DNA of 62,831 nucleotides, from the IMG/VR virus record IMGVR_UViG_3300025598_000039, positions 1 to 62,831 of that record, one strand, 5' to 3'. A model generated the notes under the pieces. It saw only the letters and a list, made by a program, of their open reading frames with translations, ran no database searches and was not told the origin of the DNA. This document shows, one piece after another, positions 8,985-20,149 of the stretch (the stretch's first letter is position 1; each line of letters opens with the position of its first letter). Both the position numbers and the translations under genes were made by a program. Source of the DNA: a virus (lineage: Duplodnaviria > Caudoviricetes).

Positions 8985-10844
8985 ATGTCATATACCATTA
9001 CACATGCAAATGGTGCAAATTCCATCGTTATTGCTGATGGAACTGTAGATAACAGCACAAGTATTACACTTGTTGGTAAAAATACAGCAAATTATGGTCA
9101 ATATCTTGATCAAAACTTTCTAAACATGTTGGAAAATTTTGCTAACGGCAATTCACCAGCAAATCCTATTGTGGGTCAAATTTGGTATAATTCAACTAAA
9201 GGTGCTCTACAAGTTTATAATGGTGCAATTTTCAAAAATATTGCAAGTGCTACTGCTAGCGCAACACCACCAAGTGGTGCTGTGGTTGGAGATTTATGGT
9301 TTGATACAGCAAATCAACAATTAGATGTTTATAGTGGAACTGGGTGGGTTATTGTAGGACCGCTTGGTGGTGCAGGTCAAGTTGTTAGTGAAAATATTAC
9401 TGATACAGGCAGCGTAAGTCATGCCGTAATTAGTATGAAAATTAGTAATACACGTTATGCTATTCTTAGTAAAGATGCTGCATTTACACCTAGCAGCACT
9501 ATTTCTGGTTTTAGCACAATTAATCCTGGTTTTAATATTGCCTCAACTGCATTTGTTAGCAATAACAAATTCTGGGGTCAGTCAAGTGATAGTGCTGCAC
9601 TAAATGGTGTTAGCGGCAGTTCATTTATGCGTAATGACCAAAACACAGGCACTATTGGTATTCTAAGTGTTACAAACAACAGCGGTATTTCTCTTGGCAC
9701 AAGTGGACAAGGTTCGTTTAACATTTATAGTAATGAAATGCGTGTTGAAAATACTGTGAATAATGGTATTATTAGATTGCGCACACGCAATAGCAGCGGT
9801 GGTGTTGCTGATGCAATTGATATTTTAGCAAATGCAGACGTGCAAGTTAATGGTAATCTTTTTGTTTTGGGTAATTTAGATGTTACTACTAGCAACGAAA
9901 CAAGTATAGTAAGTGGAACTCAAGCAGCCTACAATACTACTACTGGCGCTTTCCAAGTTGTTGGTGGGGTAGGTATTGGCGGTAATGTTATTGTTGGCGG
10001 ACCAAACAGCGTTTTCACGGGTAATGTTTATATTGCTAATTTAGTTGCTAATGGCAGCACAAATAATGGACAAATTAGCGCAGCAACTATTACTGCTGGC
10101 ACTATCGGTAATAGCGGTGCTACTCTTACTGGAACTATTAGCCAAGCAAGCCAAACTAATATTACAACACTAGGAACACTAACATCACTTGCAGTAAGTG
10201 GTGCGGCAGGTTTTACAGGTGGAACAGTTACTTTCAATCCTACATCAAGTTATAAACTTATTTTAGGTAATATTGGTAATGTTCAAATTAGTGGTGGTAG
10301 TAGCGGTCAAGCACTTACTACTGATGGTAGTGGTAATTTAAGTTGGTATACAATTCCAACACCAGTGGGTAGTGGCGCAGCACAATATCAAGTAGCAGTT
10401 TATAGTAGTAGCACAAACATCGGTGGTGCAAGTGGTCTAACTTATAATGGTAGCACACTTGCAGTTAGTGGTGCTATTACAGCAACTGGCGATATTACTG
10501 CTTTTTACTCTGACCAACGATTAAAAACAAATATTGCTGAAATACCTAATGCACTTGACAAAATTAAATCTATCAGCGGTATCACATACAATTCTAATGA
10601 ACTAGCAGCAAGTCTTGGTATCGGTGATGACCGTGAGCATGTTGGTGTTATTGCACAACAAGTTCAGGAAGTTCTACCACAAGTTGTTGTGCCAGCACCA
10701 TTTGATATTGATCCAGTTTTACTTGGTAGTAAGAGTGGTGAAAATTACCTAACAGTTCAATATGATAAACTTGTTCCACTACTAATTCAAGCTATTAAAG
10801 AACTTAGTGCAGAGGTAGAGGTTCTTAAAGCGCGAGGTAATTAA
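8985..10844 (+). CDS. Tail fibre protein with C-terminal intramolecular chaperone (peptidase S74-type)
   Basis: SDQRLKTNI..GVIAQQVQEVLP..YDKLVPLLIQAIKEL. Confidence 0.85.
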   Translation: MSYTITHANGANSIVIADGTVDNSTSITLVGKNTANYGQYLDQNFLNMLENFANGNSPANPIVGQIWYNSTKGALQVYNGAIFKNIASATASATPPSGAVVGDLWFDTANQQLDVYSGTGWVIVGPLGGAGQVVSENITDTGSVSHAVISMKISNTRYAILSKDAAFTPSSTISGFSTINPGFNIASTAFVSNNKFWGQSSDSAALNGVSGSSFMRNDQNTGTIGILSVTNNSGISLGTSGQGSFNIYSNEMRVENTVNNGIIRLRTRNSSGGVADAIDILANADVQVNGNLFVLGNLDVTTSNETSIVSGTQAAYNTTTGAFQVVGGVGIGGNVIVGGPNSVFTGNVYIANLVANGSTNNGQISAATITAGTIGNSGATLTGTISQASQTNITTLGTLTSLAVSGAAGFTGGTVTFNPTSSYKLILGNIGNVQISGGSSGQALTTDGSGNLSWYTIPTPVGSGAAQYQVAVYSSSTNIGGASGLTYNGSTLAVSGAITATGDITAFYSDQRLKTNIAEIPNALDKIKSISGITYNSNELAASLGIGDDREHVGVIAQQVQEVLPQVVVPAPFDIDPVLLGSKSGENYLTVQYDKLVPLLIQAIKELSAEVEVLKARGN

Positions 10845-10846
10845 AC

Positions 10847-11470
10847 ATGCCATCAGTAGCAGGTGTGCCAGGAAATGCTTTACCTATTAGTGGTGCACTA
10901 GATTTGGCTACTATTAACGCTGAGTTTGGATTAGGCACAGACCTTACACTTTATCATGGTGCTAGATGGTATTATGATGGCAATCTTACAACTGGTGTTT
11001 TTAATAGCAGCACACTTAAAGTAAGTGATTTTTACGGCAAACGTGCTACTGATCCTGCTAATAATGGTTCATATTTTTCTAGTGCTGCTGGCAGCGGAAC
11101 ATTTACTGTTCCACTTTATCGCAACACAATTACAATTGAGTTTTGGGGTGCAGGCGGCGGTGGTGGCGGTAACGGTAGCAGCGGCGGTTATGGTGGCGAT
11201 AGTAATATGTTAGGTATAACTGCTGGCGGTGGTCAAGGCGGTGGCGCAGGTCACGTTGATTTGCCTGGTCCACCATTAGATGTGTCTGTTAGTGGTCATG
11301 GTGGAAGTTACACTTATACCGATACATCATATACATCACAGACTCTAAATGCTTACGCAGGAAACAAAGATGGAGTATGGTCAGAATCACAAAATAATGC
11401 AACAGGACAAGGTTCAAATCCAACAGCATCTCAACCTAATCCAAATGTTGTAGGTACGATATCGGCTTAA
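10847..11470 (+). CDS. Gly-rich fibre-tip/adhesin-like protein, N-terminal part
   Basis: LPISGALDLATINAEFG..VSDFYGK start; WGAGGGGGG motif. Confidence 0.6.
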   Translation: MPSVAGVPGNALPISGALDLATINAEFGLGTDLTLYHGARWYYDGNLTTGVFNSSTLKVSDFYGKRATDPANNGSYFSSAAGSGTFTVPLYRNTITIEFWGAGGGGGGNGSSGGYGGDSNMLGITAGGGQGGGAGHVDLPGPPLDVSVSGHGGSYTYTDTSYTSQTLNAYAGNKDGVWSESQNNATGQGSNPTASQPNPNVVGTISA

Positions 11471-11483
11471 AAAGGAATTAAAA

Positions 11484-11816
11484 ATGTCAAACGGTAGTGG
11501 TGGAAGTGGTGGAACAATAAATGCAAGTCCAAAACCAAATATAGCAAATCCAGCTGTGTTTGTGTTTTTAAATGGCAATAGTGGTACAACAGGTTCAACT
11601 AGTTCTACACCAAGTGCAACAAATGCTAACGTTGGCGTAGGAGGTGCTGGTAGTAGTACTGGAGGCGCAACAGGTGGTTCGGGTGGTTCTGGTGCTTATG
11701 TAAAAGTTATATATAATGGTGGGTTAGTAAATTATACAAGTAACCTTGCTTACACTATTGGTAGTGCAGGCAGTTCAAATGGTGCAAATGGCGGTGTAAG
11801 GATTACATGGACTTAA
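11484..11816 (+). CDS. Gly-rich protein resembling the C-terminal half of a Gly-rich domain
   Basis: GGSGGSGAYVK..YTIGSAG..GANGGVRITW; own SD AAGGA. Confidence 0.55.
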   Translation: MSNGSGGSGGTINASPKPNIANPAVFVFLNGNSGTTGSTSSTPSATNANVGVGGAGSSTGGATGGSGGSGAYVKVIYNGGLVNYTSNLAYTIGSAGSSNGANGGVRITWT

Positions 11817-11817
11817 A

Positions 11818-12648
11818 ATGACGATTCCTAGCAGTGGTTCAGTAGATTTAGTAGCAATTAATAACGAGTTTGGTTTGGGACTAAACATCGGTGTTATGCG
11901 TGGTGTTGCATATTATCAAACAATAACATCTACTTTAGGTAATTTTAGCAATACTAATTTGGATTTTGGAGCTTTTCGTGGAGCTGCTGGCAAAATAACA
12001 AAAAACATTACCTATAGTAGTGACCAACAAAATATTACAATTAATACATCAAATGTGCCAGGTTATGTAGCTAATTTTTCCAGAGTTAATATTACTATTA
12101 ATAATGGAGTTTATATAGGTAGTAATTCTACGGGTTCATATGCGCTGACTATCAGTGGATTTTCTAGTGGGGATTCAATTAACCTAATTAATAATGGAAC
12201 TATAATTGGTGCTGGCGGTCGTGGTGGAGATCATGATAGCAACGGTTCGCCTGGTGGTCCAGCACTTTTATTAAATTGTGCTGTTAATATTACTAATAAT
12301 GGCACAATTGCTGGTGGAGGCGGTGGTGGCGGTGGAGCCGCTAGTGGTTCAACTTACGGTAGTTGTTTAGGCGGAGGCGGCAGTTATACAGGTAGTGGCG
12401 GCGGTGGCGGCGCAGGCTATGATCCAGGTGGCGGCGGCAGCGGTGATGGTAATGGTAATGGTGGCAGCAGAACTAATGGTGGCAGCGGAAGCGGCAATCA
12501 AGGACAAGGCGGTAATGGCGGTGATCCAGGCAACGCTGGCGGTGATAGTAATAATAGCGGACATGGCGCAGCCGCTGGTAATGCTATAACTAATATTGGA
12601 AATGCTAATTTTATTACAGTAGGAACAATATTAGGACCAACTTCTTAA
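11818..12648 (+). CDS. Gly-rich adhesin-like protein (T-even gp38-like architecture)
   Basis: LINNGTIIGAGGRGG, ITNNGTIAGGGGGGG and GAAAGNAI polyglycine motifs. Confidence 0.65.
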   Translation: MTIPSSGSVDLVAINNEFGLGLNIGVMRGVAYYQTITSTLGNFSNTNLDFGAFRGAAGKITKNITYSSDQQNITINTSNVPGYVANFSRVNITINNGVYIGSNSTGSYALTISGFSSGDSINLINNGTIIGAGGRGGDHDSNGSPGGPALLLNCAVNITNNGTIAGGGGGGGGAASGSTYGSCLGGGGSYTGSGGGGGAGYDPGGGGSGDGNGNGGSRTNGGSGSGNQGQGGNGGDPGNAGGDSNNSGHGAAAGNAITNIGNANFITVGTILGPTS

Positions 12649-12657
12649 GGATAAAAA

Positions 12658-13020
12658 ATGGATACTTTAACACTAAAAATACATGAATACGATGAAAAAA
12701 CACACAGTTTGATTGTAAGTTTTACAACTGATGCTAGTGATCAGAATGTTGATGAAAGCGATAGATTTTCATTCAATATTCACAATTACAATCCTCATGA
12801 TTTAAGTGATACGCTTTCACAAATTGCAAAACAAGGCGCATCTATTGCTCATCAGAGATATCTAAAAGAACAAGCACTTAAAAATCAAACTGTTGTCGAT
12901 GCTGCAAAAGCAGAAATAGGTAAGGTTTATAACTTTCCTATTACTGATCTCATTAGTATTAAAACTTATTCGCCACCAGAAGGAAACGATGGTAGCACAA
13001 CAGGTGTAAATATTCTATGA
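12658..13020 (+). CDS. Hypothetical protein (possible fibre chaperone)
   Basis: ORF with SD directly after the adhesin gene. Confidence 0.5.
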   Translation: MDTLTLKIHEYDEKTHSLIVSFTTDASDQNVDESDRFSFNIHNYNPHDLSDTLSQIAKQGASIAHQRYLKEQALKNQTVVDAAKAEIGKVYNFPITDLISIKTYSPPEGNDGSTTGVNIL

Positions 13021-13607
13021 GTGTTGTAACTGCTAATACTGTTCATATTGAAAACTTCCCTATGCAAATTGCGTTAGTAACTTTTACTAATGCTGGCGAT
13101 AGTTTGAATGAAACACTTGATCAACGTGGTATTAGCAAAGACAATTATATTTGTAGACATGTGTTAAAAAGTGGATGGTTTGCGATTGATGGTTATCTAG
13201 ATGGTGAAAAAGTTGGAACAGAGTTTCCAGAATCACCTTTTATTACAAAACTTCGTTATGGCGTTATTGTTACTCCACTTGATACATTTGATATTGATAG
13301 TTGGACTATTACAGCAGTAGAAGATAATTCTAGTTTTTATTGTATTCATCCTGTTACACAACGTGAATTAAAAAATAATTCTATGAATGATCTTGTGCGA
13401 GATAAAGTGTGGCGTATTCCATCTAATGCGCCCTTCAGTTTCAAAATTGGTAGATATTATATCTCTAATGTAGATTTGACTATAAATGGCGTAGTCAAAA
13501 AAGCATACGAACCGATTGCGTGCGTTTTTAGAGAAGTTGATGTAATGCCAGAAGTAGATGCTGCTATTGCTGAGTTCTGGGTAGAAAAAGTTAATATATC
13601 AAAATAA
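13017..13607 (+). CDS. Hypothetical protein
   Basis: 196-aa ORF, ATGA overlap. Confidence 0.55.
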   Translation: MSVVTANTVHIENFPMQIALVTFTNAGDSLNETLDQRGISKDNYICRHVLKSGWFAIDGYLDGEKVGTEFPESPFITKLRYGVIVTPLDTFDIDSWTITAVEDNSSFYCIHPVTQRELKNNSMNDLVRDKVWRIPSNAPFSFKIGRYYISNVDLTINGVVKKAYEPIACVFREVDVMPEVDAAIAEFWVEKVNISK

Positions 13608-13625
13608 TAAAAATTAAATATTCCC

Positions 13626-14828
13626 ATGCAAAACGATATAGTTGTTAGTGGAATGGGGTGCATTACTGCATGTGGTATTGGAGTAAGCGCGCTTTGGAAC
13701 ACTATTTTAGCAAATAAAAGCGGCGTTAAAAGTTTTCAACATCCTTATAATGTTGGAAATAAAGTAAGTTTTGCTGGAAAAATTACAGACTTTGTGCATA
13801 CAGATTATTTTAGCAGACAAACACGAATAGATTTATTTGCAGCATATGCAGCACTTGCTGCTAGAGAAGCTATTGCAGAAAGTAAATTATCGCAAGAAGA
13901 AATAAGTGATTCACGCACAGGTGTGGTATTAGGTAATGGTTTGCCAGGTGCCGAATCAATTTATAGTTTTATAGCAAAACTTATTAGTGGCAGTCATACA
14001 AATGATATTTTTGCTGTGCCTCGTGCTATGACTAATGCTGCTATAAGTTATATTTGTATTGAAAATAAAATCTATGGACCAAGCTATCCTATTGGTGCAG
14101 GTTGTGCTGCTGGTAATCAAGCAATAGGATTGGCACTACAACTTATTCGTGCAAATATAATTGACCGTGCAATTGTTGGTGGAACTGAAGCAACTGTGCA
14201 ACCGCATGTAATGCGTGCATGGGAATATATGGGTGCGCTAAGCCAAACTGCCAATAGACCATTTACTATTGATCGTGATGGTATTGTGCTTGGTGAAGGC
14301 AGTGGCGTGCTGATATTAGAAAGAGAAAGTGATGTTCTTGCACGAGGTGTTACCCCACACGCAAGAGTTTTGGGATATGGCACATCAAATGATGCGTTCA
14401 ATCTCGTCCAACCTGATAGCGAAGGTTTAATTAAGTCAATTAGTTCTGCAATTACAGATAGTGGATTGTCACTTGGTGATATTGATTATGTAAATGCTCA
14501 TGGAACAGGTACAAAACTTAATGACAAAAACGAAGTGCAAGGGTTGCGACGAGTATTTGGCAGATATGCAGATAGTTTACCAATTTCATCTACTAAACCG
14601 ATACACGGTCATATGATTGCTGCAACGGGTGCAGTAGAATCTATTATCACAATCAAAGCATTACAAAATAATTATGCACCGCCTACACTTAACTTTACAG
14701 TTGCTGACCCAGAATGTGATATGGATGTAATTCCAAACTGTGGAAAATCTATGAAAATAGATTATGCTTTAACTAACAACTTTGCATTTGGTGGCATTAA
14801 TGCTACGCTTGTTTTTGGTAAATACTGA
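13626..14828 (+). CDS. fabF: Beta-ketoacyl-ACP synthase (FabF/NodE-like)
   Basis: Catalytic Cys in GAGCAAG; His in NAHGTGT and KPIHGH; C-terminal NNFAFGGINA. Confidence 0.92.
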   Translation: MQNDIVVSGMGCITACGIGVSALWNTILANKSGVKSFQHPYNVGNKVSFAGKITDFVHTDYFSRQTRIDLFAAYAALAAREAIAESKLSQEEISDSRTGVVLGNGLPGAESIYSFIAKLISGSHTNDIFAVPRAMTNAAISYICIENKIYGPSYPIGAGCAAGNQAIGLALQLIRANIIDRAIVGGTEATVQPHVMRAWEYMGALSQTANRPFTIDRDGIVLGEGSGVLILERESDVLARGVTPHARVLGYGTSNDAFNLVQPDSEGLIKSISSAITDSGLSLGDIDYVNAHGTGTKLNDKNEVQGLRRVFGRYADSLPISSTKPIHGHMIAATGAVESIITIKALQNNYAPPTLNFTVADPECDMDVIPNCGKSMKIDYALTNNFAFGGINATLVFGKY

Positions 14829-14875
14829 CCTTTGAATTTGTAGACCAACCTATAAATAATAGGTGGGAGTAGATT

Positions 14876-17800
14876 ATGGCGATTACACGTATTCGCAATA
14901 ACCAAGTTTATAACAGTGACATAAATGCTCAGTACAAACTGCAGCCTTATAGCGTAACTGGCGGTTTATTAGCAAATAATTTTACATATACAGGCAACTT
15001 AACGGTTGGAAATCTTATCGTTAATGGCTTAACAACAACAATTGATACTACAAACTTAGTTATTGCTGATCCGTTATTTGCAATCAATAGAAACCAAAGT
15101 GGCTCACCAAGTTATGATCTTGGTTTTGTTATGGGTCGTGGTAATCAAACAAACGTTGCTATGATTTGGGAAGAAAATTCCCAACAATTCCAACTGCAAT
15201 ATACTACAGAATCTACTGCTGCTACTACTTTTGGGACCATTAATAATAGTGGCTTTGCTAATTTACAAGCATATGGTATTAAAGTCAATAATGCAACAAT
15301 TGGCACAAGTAATGTAACTAACTTTGTTGGTAGTAATGTTGCAATTACTGGTGGCACAATCAATAATACTACTATTGGTGCAACAACTCCCAATAGCGGT
15401 GTTTTTACTAGCGTAACTACTGCATCTGGCGGCCAACTTACAGGTTATTTGACTGGCGCAATTGGTGCAAATACACCCAATACTGCTGTCTTCACAACCG
15501 TAACTACTAGTGGTAATATAACTGCGCAAACTGCAAATGTTTATGCAGCCTATGTAGTTGCAAATACGGCTACATATGGTGCGCAGTATTATTGGACAAA
15601 TGGTGCTACTCTTGCTTCTACTATTACAGGCACATATTCTAATAGTAACGTGGCTTCATACCTACCAACTTATAATGGTAGTGTTGGAAACCTTTCAACT
15701 GGTAATTTGCTTCCACTTGCTAATACATCTTATTATCTTGGGAATAGCACACTTTATTGGGCTAACGTTTATGCAAATTATTTTGTTACCGCTACTGAAA
15801 TTGTAACTCCAAAGGTTTATTTTCCACTTGGTGGTTCAACAATAACTGAAGATAACTCACTTGATTTATTGATACAAGGTCCATATCAAGTCAGTATTAA
15901 ACCAAATGGTTCATATCAATACACATTTGGAAATGATGGAAGAATTACTGGACCTGGTGGAACATTTGTATATGCAAATGGTGCATTATACGGCAATCTT
16001 ATTGGAACTGGTGCTTACTGGTCAAATGGCGTTTCGCTTGCATCTACCATTACAGGAACATATAGTAACAGTAATGTTGCTTCTTATTTGCCAACTTACA
16101 GCGGAAACCTTTCTGCTGGTAATTTGAATATTACTAATGGTGGTCAAGTTGTAGGATATCTTAATGGTACAATTGGTGCTAATGCACCTAACAGCGGCGC
16201 ATTCACTACTGTTACAACAAGTGGAAGTATCACAAGCGGTAACCAAGTAATTGGTTACATTAACGGTGCATTTGGTGCTAATGCGCCCAATACTGTCGTT
16301 GCGACAAGTGTTACAACTACAAATGGCGGACAACACAGCGGTTATTTAACAGGTGCTATTGGTGCAAATACACCAAATAGTGGTGCTTTTACCTCTCTAA
16401 CTACAAGCGGAACAATAGTATCACAAGGAACTATTACTGGTGCAGGTCAAATAATTGGTTACTTAAATGGTTCACTAGGTGCTAATACACCTAACACTGT
16501 TGTAGCAACAAGTGTAACAACAAGCAATGGTGGACAACTCAGCGGTTATTTAACAGGTGCTATTGGTGCAAATATACCAAATAGTGGTGTATTCACTAGT
16601 ATAACCACTAGTGGAAGTATTACAAGCGGCAATCAGGTAGTTGGTTATCTTAATGGTATAATTGGTGCTAATAGTGCCAATAGTGCTACGTTCACTACCG
16701 TAACTTCAAGTGGCAATATTACTGCTCAAACTGCAAACATATATGCAAACTATTTTGTAGCAAACACAGGTTATGTTGGTCTTGTTCTTACAAATACGCA
16801 ACCTTATATTACTAGTGTTGGAACACTGACATCACTTAGCGTTAGTGGTTCTACTACATTCAATACAATCGCAGCAAATAGTATAAGTGCTGGTTTTATT
16901 GGCAATAGTGGTTCACAACTATATGGTGCAAATATTGCTATTACTGGTAATGCACTTATACTAAATGGTCTTGCGCTAAACAGCAATGCAACTATTTTAA
17001 GTGATCAAACAACAGCAAATATTTTTAATACAACTACTACTACACTTAATATTGGTAATGCAGCAACCACTATCAATCTTGCCAAAAATGACGGCACTAG
17101 TGTTGTAAAAGTAAATGGAACTGCAAATAGTTATGGTAGTGGTCAAGGTGCGCTACAAATTAGCGGTGGTTTCTATGCTGGCGGCGATAGTTATATTGCA
17201 GGTAATTTGTCAGTAACAGGTAACCTGACATCTGTTGGATATAACGAACTTATTGCTAATGCTCCACTACTCTATCTATCAGTGGGTAGCATCTCAACTT
17301 ACAATTATGAGTTAGGTTTTTATAGTCACAAGTATGATGCTGTCGAAGGATATAATCATACTGGTTTTGTAAGAAACCATGTTGATAATGCTTGGTTCCT
17401 GTTCAGTAACATTCGAACAGAACCAACTAACACAGTTGATCTTGCAAACGCAAGTATAATTTATGATACATTAAAACTTGGTAACATTATTGCATATAGT
17501 GGCAACACTTCAACTTCAACCACAACTGGTGCTGCTGTAATTTATGGTGGTATGGGTGTTGGTGGTAACATTTATGCTGCTGCAATTCAAGGCACACCAA
17601 TTGGTAATGGTGTAGCATCAACTGGTGCATTTACAACCTTAACTGCAACTACGAATATCACTGCTCAAACATCAAATGTCTATGCTGCTAATTTAGTAGG
17701 TAATACTGCTGTATATAGTGGTCAATATTATTGGACTAATGGCGCAACGCTATCATCTACTATTACAGGCACTTATAGCAATAGTAATGTTGCTTCTTAT

Positions 17801-20125
17801 TTGCCAACTTACACAGGTGCACTTACTGCTAGTAGTATAACTACTGTTAACGGTGGACAGATTGCTGGATATTTAACAGGTCCAATTGGTGCAAATAGTG
17901 CAAATAGTGGTGTATTTACCACATTAATTGCAAGTAGTAATATCACGGCACAGACTGCTAACGTATATGCTGCTTATTTGATTTCAAATACTGCAACCTA
18001 TAGCGCACAGTATTATTGGACTAATGGTGCTACTCTTGCATCAACTATTACAGGAACTTATAGCAATAGTAATGTTGCTGCTTACTTACCAGTTTATAAC
18101 GGCAACCTATCTGCTGGCAATATAACAACTGTGAGTGGCGGTCAAATAAGTGGTTACTTTACTGGTGCTATTGGTTCTAATATTGCTAATAGTGGTGCAT
18201 TTACTAATGTTACTGCAACAGGCACAATAATTGCGCAAGGCAATATTACAAGTGCAAACCAAATTATTGGTTACCTTAACGGTGCAATTGGTGCTAATAG
18301 CCCAAATACTGCTACATTTACTACTGTAGTTACAAGTGGTAATATAACTGCACAAACTGCTAATGTATATGCAGCTTATGTTGTAGCAAATACAGGCTCA
18401 TATAGCACACAATATTACTGGACAAACGGTGCTACTCTTGCATCAACTATTACTGGTACATATAGCAATAGTAACGTAGCAAGTTATCTTCCAACTTACA
18501 CTGGCACGTTATCTCCAAGTAGTTTAACTACCAATAGTGGTGGGCAAGTTAATGCATATCTTAATGGTGCGATTGGTGCTAACACACCTAATAGTGGTGT
18601 GTTTACTACTATTGTATCTAGCGGCAATATTACTGCCCAAACAGCAAACGTTTATGCTGCATATGTTGTATCTAACAGCGGTTTAAACGGCACACTTATA
18701 ACAAATGCGCAACCATATATTACTAGTGTTGGAACTCTTGCAAATCTTACAACAAGTGGGAATATCACAGCACAAACTGCAAACATATATGCAAGCAATA
18801 TTATTGCTAATACCGCAATTTATGGTGGCAGTTATTTTTACTCAAACGGTTTTCCATTTGCACCAACTGCTGCTGGTTCAAATACATTTGTTCAGTTTAA
18901 CAATAATGGTGTATTTGGTGGCGCAAATTATTTACAATACAATTTAACAAGCGGTAATTTAGTAAGCAATAGCACTAGTAATTCAACCTCAACAACTACT
19001 GGTGCAATAGTAGTGGCTGGTGGTGTTGGTGTTGGTGGTAACATTTATAGTGGAGCAAATATAGTAGCATCTTCTGCAGTTATTGCTCCGACTATGTATA
19101 ACAGTAACATTTATCCCATAATTGGTAGCGATCTTTATAAAAATACTGGTCCAAATGGTAACCTTTGGATTAATTATAATGGATATACTGCTAATGTTAT
19201 TATTAATGGTAATACAACTTCAGGTTATGGCAATTTATTTGTAGTTAATGGTTTAACTGGACAAGTGGGAATTAAAGTAGGCACTAGTGCTATTGTGCCA
19301 AATGCATCCTTGATGGTTAATTCAACTGATAGTATCTTAGTTCCAGTTGGTTCAACATCGCAGCGTCCTTCATCTAGCGTTGCTGGTATGATTCGCTACA
19401 ATAATCAAAGTAATCAATTAGAATTTTATAATGGAACAAGTTGGCAAGGCACGGGCAGTTCATTTACTACTGTCACAGCACAGCAATTTACAGGTGATGG
19501 AACTACTACTGTTTTCACATTAAGCCAAAGTGCTACTACTGCATCAACAATCGTAAGTATCAACGGTGTTCTACAAATACCAACAACAGCTTACACTGTA
19601 AGTGGAACAACTCTAACATTTACAGAAGCACCATTATCTACTGATATCATAGACGCACGTATAGTTGTCACTACATCAATTGCTGGCAGTATTGGCGATC
19701 AACTTGGTAACACAGTAGTAGCAAATAGTAATGGTATTACAGTAACAACTAATTACAAAACTACACTAATTTCAAACGTAGGTGGAAATTATATTAACGG
19801 TGGTTTCTCGGCATTAACACCAAATATTGCGCTAACACAAAATACACCAACTATTATTGATAGTTTCTCAACAAGTTTTTATCGTGTAGCAAAATATGTT
19901 ATAAAAGTAACAGATGGCACAAATAATGTTTATTGTGGCGCAGAAGTTATTGTTGCACATAATGGCACTACAGCAACAAGTCAAGTTTATGGTGTAGTTA
20001 ATACAGGTGGTAATGCGCTTGCTACATTTAGTTCAACAGTAAGTGGCGGTAACGTAAATGTTACTGCAAATACATGGAGCAGCACGGCATCTGCTACTGT
20101 ATTCCCAACATATATGCCAATATAA
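14876..20125 (+). CDS. Long repeat-built tail fibre protein (1749 aa)
   Basis: Repeats ITGTYSNSNVASYLPTY, GYLTGAIGANTPNSGAFTT and SGNITAQTANVYAA; late promoter at 14851. Confidence 0.8.
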   Translation: MAITRIRNNQVYNSDINAQYKLQPYSVTGGLLANNFTYTGNLTVGNLIVNGLTTTIDTTNLVIADPLFAINRNQSGSPSYDLGFVMGRGNQTNVAMIWEENSQQFQLQYTTESTAATTFGTINNSGFANLQAYGIKVNNATIGTSNVTNFVGSNVAITGGTINNTTIGATTPNSGVFTSVTTASGGQLTGYLTGAIGANTPNTAVFTTVTTSGNITAQTANVYAAYVVANTATYGAQYYWTNGATLASTITGTYSNSNVASYLPTYNGSVGNLSTGNLLPLANTSYYLGNSTLYWANVYANYFVTATEIVTPKVYFPLGGSTITEDNSLDLLIQGPYQVSIKPNGSYQYTFGNDGRITGPGGTFVYANGALYGNLIGTGAYWSNGVSLASTITGTYSNSNVASYLPTYSGNLSAGNLNITNGGQVVGYLNGTIGANAPNSGAFTTVTTSGSITSGNQVIGYINGAFGANAPNTVVATSVTTTNGGQHSGYLTGAIGANTPNSGAFTSLTTSGTIVSQGTITGAGQIIGYLNGSLGANTPNTVVATSVTTSNGGQLSGYLTGAIGANIPNSGVFTSITTSGSITSGNQVVGYLNGIIGANSANSATFTTVTSSGNITAQTANIYANYFVANTGYVGLVLTNTQPYITSVGTLTSLSVSGSTTFNTIAANSISAGFIGNSGSQLYGANIAITGNALILNGLALNSNATILSDQTTANIFNTTTTTLNIGNAATTINLAKNDGTSVVKVNGTANSYGSGQGALQISGGFYAGGDSYIAGNLSVTGNLTSVGYNELIANAPLLYLSVGSISTYNYELGFYSHKYDAVEGYNHTGFVRNHVDNAWFLFSNIRTEPTNTVDLANASIIYDTLKLGNIIAYSGNTSTSTTTGAAVIYGGMGVGGNIYAAAIQGTPIGNGVASTGAFTTLTATTNITAQTSNVYAANLVGNTAVYSGQYYWTNGATLSSTITGTYSNSNVASYLPTYTGALTASSITTVNGGQIAGYLTGPIGANSANSGVFTTLIASSNITAQTANVYAAYLISNTATYSAQYYWTNGATLASTITGTYSNSNVAAYLPVYNGNLSAGNITTVSGGQISGYFTGAIGSNIANSGAFTNVTATGTIIAQGNITSANQIIGYLNGAIGANSPNTATFTTVVTSGNITAQTANVYAAYVVANTGSYSTQYYWTNGATLASTITGTYSNSNVASYLPTYTGTLSPSSLTTNSGGQVNAYLNGAIGANTPNSGVFTTIVSSGNITAQTANVYAAYVVSNSGLNGTLITNAQPYITSVGTLANLTTSGNITAQTANIYASNIIANTAIYGGSYFYSNGFPFAPTAAGSNTFVQFNNNGVFGGANYLQYNLTSGNLVSNSTSNSTSTTTGAIVVAGGVGVGGNIYSGANIVASSAVIAPTMYNSNIYPIIGSDLYKNTGPNGNLWINYNGYTANVIINGNTTSGYGNLFVVNGLTGQVGIKVGTSAIVPNASLMVNSTDSILVPVGSTSQRPSSSVAGMIRYNNQSNQLEFYNGTSWQGTGSSFTTVTAQQFTGDGTTTVFTLSQSATTASTIVSINGVLQIPTTAYTVSGTTLTFTEAPLSTDIIDARIVVTTSIAGSIGDQLGNTVVANSNGITVTTNYKTTLISNVGGNYINGGFSALTPNIALTQNTPTIIDSFSTSFYRVAKYVIKVTDGTNNVYCGAEVIVAHNGTTATSQVYGVVNTGGNALATFSSTVSGGNVNVTANTWSSTASATVFPTYMPI

Positions 20126-20149
20126 AAGCCAGCAGGGAGATATGGAACT

